DNA of 43,808 nt from the NCBI GenBank assembly GCA_964459135.1, contig CAYWLI010000004.1, forward strand, positions 2,436 through 46,243. Direction: 5' to 3'. Each line of letters opens with the position of its first letter. The stretch's first letter is position 1. The DNA is from an uncultured Thermodesulfobacteriota bacterium. GTDB taxonomy: Bacteria > Desulfobacterota > B13-G15 > RBG-16-54-18. This document shows positions 34,741 through 43,808 of this stretch, piece by piece. The translations under genes and the position numbers were made by a program. The notes below the pieces were generated by a model. That model had not been told where the DNA came from, did no database searches, and saw nothing but the letters and a program-made list of their open reading frames with translations.

Positions 34741-37700
34741 ATGAAGATATTCCGCTCGCATATCTTGGTGTGTGGTGGCACAGGGTGTCACTCCTCAGGA
34801 AGCGCGGAGGTAATAAAGGCCTTTGCCTTTGAGGTGGAAAAACGGGGATTAAAGGATGAGGTCCAGATCGTGGAGACGGGGTGCAATGGCTTTTGCGCCC
34901 AAGGGCCCATTGTGGTGATCTACCCTGAGGGGATCATCTACATGCAGGTCTCCGCCGAGGATGCCGCCGAGGTCATCGGGGAACACATCCTCAAAGGGAG
35001 GCCGGTGGAGCGCCTCTTGTACCGCGAGCCCGTTACCGAAGAGATCATCCCTTACATGAACGATATTCCCTTCTTCGGTCTCCAAGAGTTACGAGTGCTG
35101 CGCAACCGGGGGCTGATCGATGCTGAGCGGATAGATGAGTATATCGCCCGGGACGGGTACCTTGGGGTATCCAAGGCCCTCCTGGAGATGACTCCTGAGG
35201 AGATTATCGAGGAGGTGAAAAAGTCAGGGCTCAGGGGCAGAGGGGGAGGGGGATTCCCCACGGGCATGAAATGGCAGTTCGCCTCCCAATCGCCGGGAGA
35301 GGTGAAGTATGTCTTGTGCAACGCCGATGAAGGGGACCCTGGGGCCTTTATGGATCGAAGTGTGCTGGAGGCAGATCCTCATGCCGTTTTGGAAGGGATG
35401 ATCATCGCGGCCAGGGCCATCGGGGCACATGAAGGGTACATCTACTGCCGTGCCGAGTATCCCCTGGCGGTCCATCGCCTGAATATCGCCATCAATCAGG
35501 CGCGGGACTACGGTCTGCTGGGCGATGATATCCTCGGTTCCGGGTTCGCATTTGATTTGGAGGTCTATCAAGGGGCTGGTGCCTTCGTGTGCGGCGAGGA
35601 GACGGCGCTGATGGCCTCTATTGAAGGGCGTCGCGGCATGCCACGCCCTCGCCCCCCCTTTCCGGCCCAGCAGGGTCTCTGGCAAAAACCCACGATCCTT
35701 AATAACGTGGAGACCTATGCCAATATCGCCCAGATCATCATCCAGGGAGGGGCTTGGTACGCCGGCATCGGGAGCGAGGGTAGCAAGGGGACAAAGGTCT
35801 TTGCCCTCACCGGAGATGTCAATAACATCGGGCTGGTGGAGGTCCCCATGGGGACGACCATTGGCACTATTATCTTCGATATCGGCGGTGGCATCCCGAA
35901 AGGGAAGCGTTTCAAGTCCGCCCAGCTCGGGGGACCTTCAGGGGGGTGCATCCCGGCACAGCACCTCAACACCCCCACCGATTACGAGGCCATCACCCAG
36001 ATCGGGGCCATCATGGGATCGGGGGGCCTTATTGTCATGGATGAAGATACCTGCATGGTGGATGTGGCCCGCTTTTTTATGGACTTTTGCCAGGATGAAT
36101 CCTGCGGCAAGTGCGTCCCCTGTCGGGTGGGGACGAAGAAGATGTTGGATATTCTTACTGATATTTGTGAAGGGAGGGGCAAGGAGGGGGACATCGAGCT
36201 GCTGGAGGAGATGGCGGCCATGATCAAAGACTCGGCCCTGTGCGGATTGGGGCAGACGGCACCCAATCCGGTCCTCTCCACCATCCGCTACTTCAGAGAT
36301 GAGTATGAGGCCCACATCAGGGACAAGCGGTGTCCCGCCTCGGTATGCTCGGCCCTCTTTAAATCCCCCTGTCAGAACACCTGTCCGGTAGGGATGGATG
36401 CCCCGGCCTACATCGCCCTCATCAGGGCGAACCGCCTGGCAGATGCCTATAAGGTGTTGCTGCGGACCAACCCCTTTCCGAGCGTCTGCGGGAGGGTGTG
36501 CGACCACCAGTGTCAGACCAAGTGTCGCCGCGGGCAGCTGGACGAGCCGATCGCCATCAAGTTCCTCAAGCGGTACATCACCGACCACGCCGCAAGACCC
36601 ACAATCGAGCCGGTGCCCGTGACCAGAAAGGAACGAATCGCGGTGGTGGGAGGGGGGCCTGCGGGTCTCACCGCGGCCAGAGATCTTGCACAACGGGGGT
36701 ACAGCGTGACGGTATTTGAAGAACTCCCCCACCTGGGCGGGATGCTGCGATACGGGATACCCGAATACCGGCTCCCCCGTGCAGTCCTGGAGCGGGAGAT
36801 CGACGATATCCGGACCCTCGGGGTCCAGTTCAGGACCAACACGAGGGTGGGGAAAGATATCCCATTTAAGGATCTGCGCAAGGAGTACGATGCGCTCTAC
36901 CTGGCTGTCGGCGCCCACCAGAGCCAACGCCTGCGGATTGCGGGTGAAGAGCTCAAGGGGGTCTACGGCGGGGTGGAGTTCCTGCGGCAGATAAATCTCG
37001 GCAACGGCGTCGAGGTGGGCAGCAGGGTGGCTGTTGTCGGGGGTGGAAACTCCGCCATCGATGCAGCCCGGTCGGCCCTGCGCAAGGGCGCCCAGGACGT
37101 CGTCATCCTCTATCGGAGACTGAGACAGGATATGCCCGCCCAGGCCGAGGAAGTGGCGGCGGCCGAAGAGGAGGGTGTCAAGATACATTTTCTCGTGAAC
37201 CCCTCCGAGGTCATCGGCGTCAAGGATAAGGTCGTAGGGGTGAGGTGTCAGCGCATGCGGTTGGGTGTATTCGATGCCAGTGGGAGGCGCCGCCCTGAGC
37301 CCATTGAGGGATCGGAATTTGTGCTCGATGTGGATATGCTTATCGCTGCCGTCGGGCAGGTCCCTGATTGCTCTTTCCTGCCCAAGGACATCCCCGTCAC
37401 GAAAGGGAATACCATTGAGGTCAACGGTGGGGGAGAGACGCAGACCCCTGTAGCAGGGGTTTTTGCCGGTGGTGATGCAGTCACCGGAGCGGCCACTGTT
37501 ATTAAGGCCATCGCTGCCGGCAAGGAGGCCGCTCGCCAAATCGATGCCTCCATTCGGGAGCAGAACGGGGAGGCGCCATACCGGGGGCCTGAGGAGGCGT
37601 GGATCGATATCCCCCAGACCATCGATGAGGAGGCTCAGGAGCAGCCTCAGACCCTGATGCCCGAAATAGAGGGGAATAAGCGAATAGGCTCCTTTGGGGA

Positions 37701-37776
37701 GGTGGAGTTGGGTTATCCCGAAGAGGAGGCCCTCAAAGAATCAATGCGGTGTCTTCGCTGTGACATGGAACTCTAA
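34741..37776 (+). CDS. NuoF/HydB-like FMN/NAD(H) subunit fused to a GltD-like FAD/NAD(P)H iron-sulfur module (1011 aa)
   Basis: N-terminal Trx-like 2Fe-2S (LVCGGTGCH...CNGFCAQGP). NuoF core ([42 protein letters not shown]...CGLGQTA). Then GltD-type [63 protein letters not shown] and FAGGDAVTG. Confidence 0.88.
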   Translation: [1011 protein letters not shown]

Positions 37777-37808
37777 CAGGTCATACAGTCTTTTCGAGGG
37801 AGGTTGAG

Positions 37809-40511
37809 ATGAGCAATACCGTAACAGTCACCATCGATGGGGTGGAGGCACAGGCCCAGAGAGGTGAGACCATATTGGAGCTCGCCACCAGGCTGGGCAT
37901 CCATATCCCCACCCTCTGCTATCACCCCCGGCTCCCCATAGCAGGGTCATGCAGGGTCTGTGTGGTCGAGGTTGAGGGGGCGCGGGCCCTGGTTGCCTCC
38001 TGCGCCTTCCCCATAGGGCAGGAGGGGATGGTGATCAAGACTGATACCGAGCGGGTTAAAGCGGCCCGGCGCATGGCAGTGGAGCTGTTGCTTGCCAGCG
38101 GCGACCACAACTGCCTGCTGTGTGAGTCCAACGGGCACTGTGAACTTCAGGACCTGGTCTACGAGCTCAAGATCGAGCGGCCCCGGTTTCCCGCCGAGTC
38201 CCCCGGTCATTCCCTGGATGATTCCAATCCCATGATCTTTCGGGATTTGAACAAATGCATCCTGTGCGGGCGATGTGTGCGGGCATGCAACGAGGTCCAG
38301 GTCAACCAGGTGATCGATTTCGGCTACCGGGGGGCGCGGACCAAGATCGTTACGGCGGAAGACCGGAATTACGCCGAGTCCAATTGCGTCTTTTGCGGTG
38401 AGTGCGTGCAGGTTTGCCCGGTCGGGGCGCTGGTGGAGAACAAGGCCCGATTTGCCGGCAGGCCCTGGGATATACAAAAGGTCCCCACCACCTGCACCTA
38501 CTGCGGGACCGGGTGCACCATCGACCTCAATATCGTCGACGGCAGGGTGGTCAAGATCACGGGCAACGAGGAGGGGATAGCGAACCAGGGGAGTCTCTGC
38601 GTCAAGGGGAGGTTCGGGTATGAATTTATCCATCATAAGGATCGCTTGACCACACCCCTGATCAAAGAAAACGGTCAGTTCCGGGAGGCCACCTGGAATG
38701 AAGCGTTGGACCTCACGGCGAAGAGGCTTGGTCAGATCAAGACCCAGCACGGGCCGGACGCCATCGGGGGCTTCAGCTCGGCTCGCTGTACTAATGAAGA
38801 AAACTACCTGATGCAGAAGTTTATGCGCGCGGTGATCGGCACCAACAATGTCGATCACTGCGCCCGGCTCTGACACTCCGTCACGGTGGCAGGTCTTGCC
38901 GCCGCATTCGGCAGTGGTGCCATGACCAACTCCCTGGCGGAGATTGCCAATAGTGAAGTAATGTTCCTCATCGGGACCAACACCACGGAGAATCACCCCG
39001 TGGTCGCCATCAAGATGAAGCAGGCGGTGACCAGGGGAGGGGCCAAGCTGATCGTGGCCGACCCACGGGAGATCGATATGACCCGCTTTGCAGACATCTG
39101 GCTGCGCCAGACCCCGGGGACCGATGTCGCCCTCATCAACGGCCTGATGCACGTGATCATCGAGGAGGGGCTCTACGACGAGGAATACGTGCGGAGCCGG
39201 ACCGAGGGTTTTGAGGAGATGCGGGAGGTGCTCAAGCGCTATACCCCCCAGTTCGTGCAGGGGATTACCGGGGTGCGGCAGGATGACCTGTGCAAAGCTG
39301 CCCGCCTCTATGCCGGGGCCAAACGGGGATCCATCTTTTACGCCATGGGGATCACCCAGCACATCACCGGCACCGATAACGTGAAGTCCCTGGCCAACCT
39401 GGCCATGCTCTGCGGCAATGTGGGGATTGAGTCAGGGGGTGTGAACCCCCTCAGGGGCCAGAGCAACGTACAGGGTGCCTGTGATCTCGGGGCCCTCCCC
39501 AACGTCTATACCGGCTATCAGCGGGTGACCGATGAGGCGACACGCGAGAAATTCGCGAAGGCCTGGGGCGTTAAGGGGCTCCCCGCTGAGGCAGGCCTTA
39601 CAGCGACGGAGATGATACCGGCCGCTGCCAGGGGCGATCTCAAGGCCCTGTATATTATGGGGGAAAACCCCATGGTGAGCGACCCCGATCTCAAACACGT
39701 GGAAGCGAGTCTCGCAAACCTCGCATTCCTCGTGGTCCAGGATATCTTTCTGACCGAGACGGCCCAGATGGCCGATGTGGTGCTGCCGGCCACCTCCTTT
39801 GCCGAGAAGGACGGGACCTTTACCAATACCGAGCGCAGGGTCCAGCAAGTGCGCAAGGGGGTAGAACCCCCTGGAGATGCGCGGACCGACTGGGAGATCA
39901 TTGCCGACCTCGCCACCAGCATGGGCTATGAAATGAAATATCGGTCTGCCGAGGAGATATTCCACGAGATCACCCAGCTTACTCCGAGCTATGCCGGTAT
40001 CAGCTATAAGCGATTGGCGAAAGAAGGGGGGCTCCAGTGGCCGTGTCCTACCCCCAAGCATCCCGGCACCCCCTATCTGCACAAGGACAAGTTCGTCAGG
40101 GGCAAGGGGCTTTTTCACGCCATCGAGTTCATCCCCCCGGCGGAGCTGCCGGATAAGGATTACCCCCTCATCCTCAGCACCGGGCGGGTCCTCTATCACT
40201 TTCATACCGGGAGCATGACGCGCCGGGATGAGGGCCTGAACTTCCGCTACCCCCAGGGGTATGTGGAGGTGAGCCCTGTCGATGCCATGGAGATGGGGGT
40301 GGAGGATGGAGAAAAAGTCCGAGTCGCCTCACGCAGGGGGAAGATCGAGATACCGGTGCAGGTGACCCCTCGGTCGCCCCAGGGGACGGTCTTCATCCCC
40401 TTTCACTTCTTCGAGGCGGCAGCCAATAGGCTCACCAATACTGCATTGGATCCCATCGGCAAGACCCCCGAGTTTAAGGTGTGCGCTGTGAAGGTGGAAA
40501 AGCTGGGATAA
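37809..40511 (+). CDS. fdhA: Selenocysteine-containing formate dehydrogenase catalytic subunit (NuoG-like Fe-S N-domain plus Mo/W-bisPGD domain); UGA 38871-38873 is read as Sec
   Basis: Track ORFs 37809..38873 and 38886..40511 are in the same frame. The joined sequence reads [30 protein letters not shown], the conserved FDH active-site block with Sec/Cys followed by His. A SECIS-like hairpin follows immediately. Confidence 0.9.
38885..38903 (+). promoter_or_regulatory. Bacterial SECIS-like stem-loop (GGUGGCA-GGUCU-UGCCGCC), 11 nt downstream of the UGA
   Basis: 7-bp stem with one G-U pair and a 5-nt apical loop. The string GCAGGUCU and its placement over the V-A-G-L codons match the E. coli fdhF SECIS as I remember it. 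Confidence 0.75.
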
Positions 40512-40519
40512 ATAGGACC

Positions 40520-41953
40520 TTATTTTTTGATAAACTGTAATACGTGTTCGGCAGTGAGTTCTGCCCGGTGGACGCAGTCGCTGATGCCGATTCCCTGATA
40601 GGCGCTGCCGGTGAGGAAGAGGCCGGGATAGTTCGAGAGCCCCTGTTCGATGCGGGCGAGTCGCTCCTCGTGTCCCAGGGTGTACTGGGGCATGGACTTT
40701 TTCCAGCGGTAGATCCTGGTGAGGATAGGCTCAACGGTGATCCCCAGGATCTCCTCGATATCCTCTCTCACCGCTGCCAGCAGCTTTGAGTCTGTCCACG
40801 CAACGATATCTTCATTCTTTGCGCCGCCCACAAAACAGCGCAGCAGGGCCTTCCCCTGCGGCGCCCGTCCGGGGAACTTGACGGAGCTAAAGGTCGCGGC
40901 CATGATCTTGTGCCCCTCCGGGCGGGGCACCACAAACCCGTAGCCGTCGAGGGGATGCTTGATATACGAGCGCTCATAGGCCAGGTTGATGGTGGCTGTG
41001 GAGCAGTAGGGGATGGTATTGAGCTGTCGGGCGATATCCTTGTCCATACCCTGCAGGAGCTTTGCCGTTTCAAAGGCCGGTGTTGCCATCACCACGGCGT
41101 CTGCCTCCAGGGCCCTCTTCTTGCCCTTTATGCTCAGGCGGTATGCAGGTTTTCCCGTTGATGTTTCCGCGGTCTGTTCAATGTTTACGACCTCCTGCCC
41201 CAGGGAGCAGATATCAGGGGGGAGGGTATTTTTGAGGGTCGAGATCATCCCCTCCATCCCCTCCCTCAGGGTGAGAAACATAGTATAGCGGGCGGGTGTG
41301 TTGGCGAATTGCTTCTTCCTCTGTCGCATCCCCCAGATAAGGCTGCGATGGTCCCACTCCAGGTCGATAAAGCGGGGGAAGGTGCTCTTAAGGCTCATGG
41401 TCTCCGGGTCTCCCGCGTGGATACCCGCTACTAAAGGCTCGGCGATCCGTTCCAGGGCCTCCCTTCCCAGGCGGCGGCGGACGAAGCCCGCCAGGCTTTC
41501 CTCCTCGTCTGATCTCTTCCGGGGGATGATGAGATCGAGGCCCATGCGCATCTTTCCGAAGACACTAAAGAGGGAGCTCGTAACGAAGGGCCACAGGCTG
41601 GTGGGGGCCAGGAGCATGAAACCCTCGGGGATCTCATGGAGTTCCCCTCCCCAGAGAATGAAGGTCCGGCGGAACTCCTGGTTGGTGCCGACCACCTCCC
41701 CCTCCAACCCCAATTCCCGGCAGAGTCTCAGGGCCCAGGGTTTTTCCGAGATGAAGCAATCAGGTCCGCCTTCCATGAGGAAGCCATCGGCCTCCTCGGT
41801 GAGGATGGAGCCGCCCATACGCTGCTCCTTTTCGAGGAGCGTTATTTCCAGGAGTTGCCCCGCCTGTTGGGCAAGCTTGTGGAGATAGTAGGCGGTGCTG
41901 AGACCGGCGATGCCGGCACCGATGATGGCGACCCGCTTCATTTTTCCTTTCAT
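40520..41953 (-). CDS. hemY: HemY-type protoporphyrinogen/coproporphyrinogen oxidase (FAD)
   Basis: I prefer the start at ATG 41953 (MKGKMKRVAIIGAGIAGLSTAYYL), which overlaps the hemH stop as ATGA. The track start 42022 adds 23 unsupported residues. FAD-fold N-terminus and HemY-like length. Confidence 0.82.
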   Translation of the reverse strand: MKGKMKRVAIIGAGIAGLSTAYYLHKLAQQAGQLLEITLLEKEQRMGGSILTEEADGFLMEGGPDCFISEKPWALRLCRELGLEGEVVGTNQEFRRTFILWGGELHEIPEGFMLLAPTSLWPFVTSSLFSVFGKMRMGLDLIIPRKRSDEEESLAGFVRRRLGREALERIAEPLVAGIHAGDPETMSLKSTFPRFIDLEWDHRSLIWGMRQRKKQFANTPARYTMFLTLREGMEGMISTLKNTLPPDICSLGQEVVNIEQTAETSTGKPAYRLSIKGKKRALEADAVVMATPAFETAKLLQGMDKDIARQLNTIPYCSTATINLAYERSYIKHPLDGYGFVVPRPEGHKIMAATFSSVKFPGRAPQGKALLRCFVGGAKNEDIVAWTDSKLLAAVREDIEEILGITVEPILTRIYRWKKSMPQYTLGHEERLARIEQGLSNYPGLFLTGSAYQGIGISDCVHRAELTAEHVLQFIKK

Positions 41954-42882
41954 TGTTTCGGCAGCGCCCCCTCCACAAGTTGGACAAGCACCTCGATCAG
42001 TTCCGGTGCGTCGTTCAGGCAAGGGGTCCTGATGATCTCGATACCCCGTTCATCCGCCCACGCCTTAAGGGTTATGTCCAGATCATACAGGGTCTCCAAA
42101 TGGTCAGTGATAAAGCCGATAGGGCATATCAGGGCCTTGTGAAAGCCATCCTTAATGAGGTCTTCCAGGATCGTCTCCGGATCAGGCCCTAACCAGTATT
42201 CCCTCTCCCCTGCTCGGCTCTGAAAGGCGAGGTGCCAGCGCAGGGGGCCGGTTGTTTCGATGATCCCCTTGATCGTTTCCTCCAATTGACGCTCGTACGG
42301 TGATGCTGAGGCCGCATCTTTCGGGAGGCTGTGGGCCGTGAAGATCACGGGTATCTTGTCTTTTCTCTCACCCATGCCCTCTATCGCTTCTGCAATCTTT
42401 GTGGCCCAGGCCGCGCAGAGGCCGGGATGGGCATGCCAGTCATAGGCTTCGATGAGATCCATTTTTCCTTCCGACTGGACCACGATCCGTTTTACCTCTG
42501 CATAATAGTCCTCAGAAGAGAAAGATGAGCGGTAGGGGGAGAGACTGATGAGGATCAGTCGGGAGATTCCCTCCTTGACTATCTCCTCCAGGGCCTCGGC
42601 GATGAGAGGGCGGCTGTAGCGCATCCCGCAATAGACTGACACAGGCCTTCCCTTCTTTTTTAACCCCCCTTCCAAGGCCCTGGCCTGGCGCAGGGTCATT
42701 TCGGGCAGGGGTGATCCCCCGCCGATGGCCTGATAGCGCCTCCGCAGCCCTTCGATGTGTTTAGGCGATGGTTCCCTCCCTAGGAGCTTCTTCAGGAAGG
42801 GCCCCACCTCGTCCAAAGATCGGGGGCCGCCAAAGGCCAGCAACAAAACAGCGGTGCGGGACAGGGCAGCCTCTTTGTGCAT
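41950..42882 (-). CDS. hemH: Ferrochelatase (protoporphyrin or coproporphyrin type not decidable)
   Basis: 310 aa. TAVLLLAFGGPRSLDEVGPFL, the IFTAHSLP region and the ITDHLETLYDLD region are ferrochelatase hallmarks. Confidence 0.88.
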   Translation of the reverse strand: MHKEAALSRTAVLLLAFGGPRSLDEVGPFLKKLLGREPSPKHIEGLRRRYQAIGGGSPLPEMTLRQARALEGGLKKKGRPVSVYCGMRYSRPLIAEALEEIVKEGISRLILISLSPYRSSFSSEDYYAEVKRIVVQSEGKMDLIEAYDWHAHPGLCAAWATKIAEAIEGMGERKDKIPVIFTAHSLPKDAASASPYERQLEETIKGIIETTGPLRWHLAFQSRAGEREYWLGPDPETILEDLIKDGFHKALICPIGFITDHLETLYDLDITLKAWADERGIEIIRTPCLNDAPELIEVLVQLVEGALPKQ

Positions 42883-43808
42883 CTATCTCTTGCTGAGGCG
42901 GTGCACCGCCTCCACCATGGTGATGACGTTCGCTTCGGGTGTCTTGGGCAAGACCCCATGCCCCAGGTTGAAGATGTGTCCAGGTCTGCCCTTGGCTTTT
43001 TCGAGGATCTCCCCAACCGCCCTCTCGATCCGCTCCTGTGGTCCGAACAGGGTGACCGGGTCCAGGTTCCCCTGGATCCCCACGTTATAGCCCAGCCTCT
43101 CCCAGGCCTCGCCAAGGTCGATACGCCAGTCGATCCCAATAACATCCCCTCCGACCTCTTGCATCAACTCGAGGATGCCCGATGTCCCGGTAGCGAAGTG
43201 GATGCGTGGGACATCTGGGGATAATTCCTGGAAGACTTTCTGGCTGTGGGGGAGGACGAACTCCCTGTAATCCTGGGGTGAGAGGGCCCCGGCCCAGCTG
43301 TCGAAGACCTGCACGGCTCCTGCCCCTGCGCGGACCTGGGCGTTAAGGTAAGAAATGATTACCTCGCTGAGCTTCTCCATGAGGAGATGCCAGCAGGAAG
43401 GATCCTGATACATCAGGGACTTGGTTTTTATAAAATTCTTCGTACCCCCACCCTCGAGGAGGTAGCTGGCCAGGGTGAAAGGGGCACCGGAAAAGCCGAT
43501 CAAGGGTATTCGCCCCTTGAGCTCTCGGCAGACAGCCTTGATGGCCTCCATGACGAAGGAAAGATCCTCTTCGGCCTCAATGCGCCTGAGCGCCTCCACC
43601 TCAGAGCGGCTGCGGGGGGAATTATGGATCACCGGGCCTTCCCCCTTTGAGAATTCCAGGTCGATCCCCATGGGTTCGAGGGGGAGGAGGATGTCGGCGA
43701 AGATAATGGCGGCATCGACCCCTAAGCGTTCTATGGGCATGAGGGTCACCTGCGTAGCCAAATCAGGCGTCTTGCACAGGGTAAGGAAATCATAACGCCG
43801 CCGCAGGG
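42883..43808 (-). CDS. hemE: Uroporphyrinogen decarboxylase; the 5' end lies outside the window
   Basis: The minus-strand frame stays open to the window edge (...LRRRYDFLTLCKTPDLATQVTLMPIERLGVDAAIIFADILLP...), so the TTG at 43761 is internal. UroD strings are present (DAAIIFADIL, FSGAPFTLASY, NLGHGVLP). Confidence 0.9.
   Translation of the reverse strand, partial: LRRRYDFLTLCKTPDLATQVTLMPIERLGVDAAIIFADILLPLEPMGIDLEFSKGEGPVIHNSPRSRSEVEALRRIEAEEDLSFVMEAIKAVCRELKGRIPLIGFSGAPFTLASYLLEGGGTKNFIKTKSLMYQDPSCWHLLMEKLSEVIISYLNAQVRAGAGAVQVFDSWAGALSPQDYREFVLPHSQKVFQELSPDVPRIHFATGTSGILELMQEVGGDVIGIDWRIDLGEAWERLGYNVGIQGNLDPVTLFGPQERIERAVGEILEKAKGRPGHIFNLGHGVLPKTPEANVITMVEAVHRLSKR

Noticed and set aside
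35938-37539. A 533-aa minus-strand ORF antisense to the NuoF-GltD fusion gene. Similar long antisense ORFs occur at 37947..39362, 24637..25875, 15674..16717, 20609..21580 and 7665..8645.
   Set aside because: All lie entirely inside strongly supported genes on the opposite strand. They have low-complexity G/P/R/H/D-rich translations with no recognisable motifs and no SD. They are the usual stop-poor shadow frames of GC-rich coding DNA.
37809-40511. FdhA read as a pseudogene or as two separate genes interrupted by a stop codon
   Set aside because: The interruption is a single UGA at the canonical Sec position, the frame is preserved, and a SECIS-like hairpin follows. Selenocysteine recoding is the better explanation.

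Overview
This is a 43.8-kb chromosomal window from a GC-rich, probably anaerobic, diderm bacterium. That taxonomic guess rests on gene content only. All calls come from reading the translations and the DNA by eye; no database search was run.

Layout:
- 1-14.5 kb: housekeeping and accessory genes, mostly on the minus strand. They are a class II DAHP synthase (5'-truncated), two membrane proteins, an outer-membrane beta-barrel, purC, a LarA-like protein, an ABC-class ATPase, radA, a crotonase-fold protein, an ApgM-like mutase, a PP-loop-like protein, and an NSS transporter with an unlisted MetS-like small subunit.
- 14.9-29.7 kb: a co-directional nuo (complex I) operon, nuoA-B-CD-X-G-H-I-J-K-L-M-N. 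nuoE and nuoF are missing. X is a GltD/SfrB-like FAD/NAD(P)H iron-sulfur flavoprotein that keeps only the N3-cluster domain of NuoF.
- 29.8-33.6 kb: a translationally coupled six-gene cassette, DRTGG / RsbW-like GHKL kinase / HydS-like sensory-type [FeFe]-hydrogenase homolog / DRTGG / PHP phosphoesterase / GHKL ATPase.
- 33.8-40.5 kb: a NuoE-like / ferredoxin / NuoF-GltD fusion / FdhA operon. FdhA is a selenoprotein. The ORF track splits it at an in-frame UGA at 38871-38873, which is followed by a SECIS-like hairpin.
- 40.5-43.8 kb, minus strand: hemE (5'-truncated), hemH and hemY.

I found no rRNA, tRNA, CRISPR array, transposase or integrase.

The most interesting signals are the complex I operon with a non-canonical electron-input module, its paralogy with the adjacent formate dehydrogenase module, and the uncharacterised hydrogenase-like sensor cassette that sits in front of a formate dehydrogenase rather than a hydrogenase.
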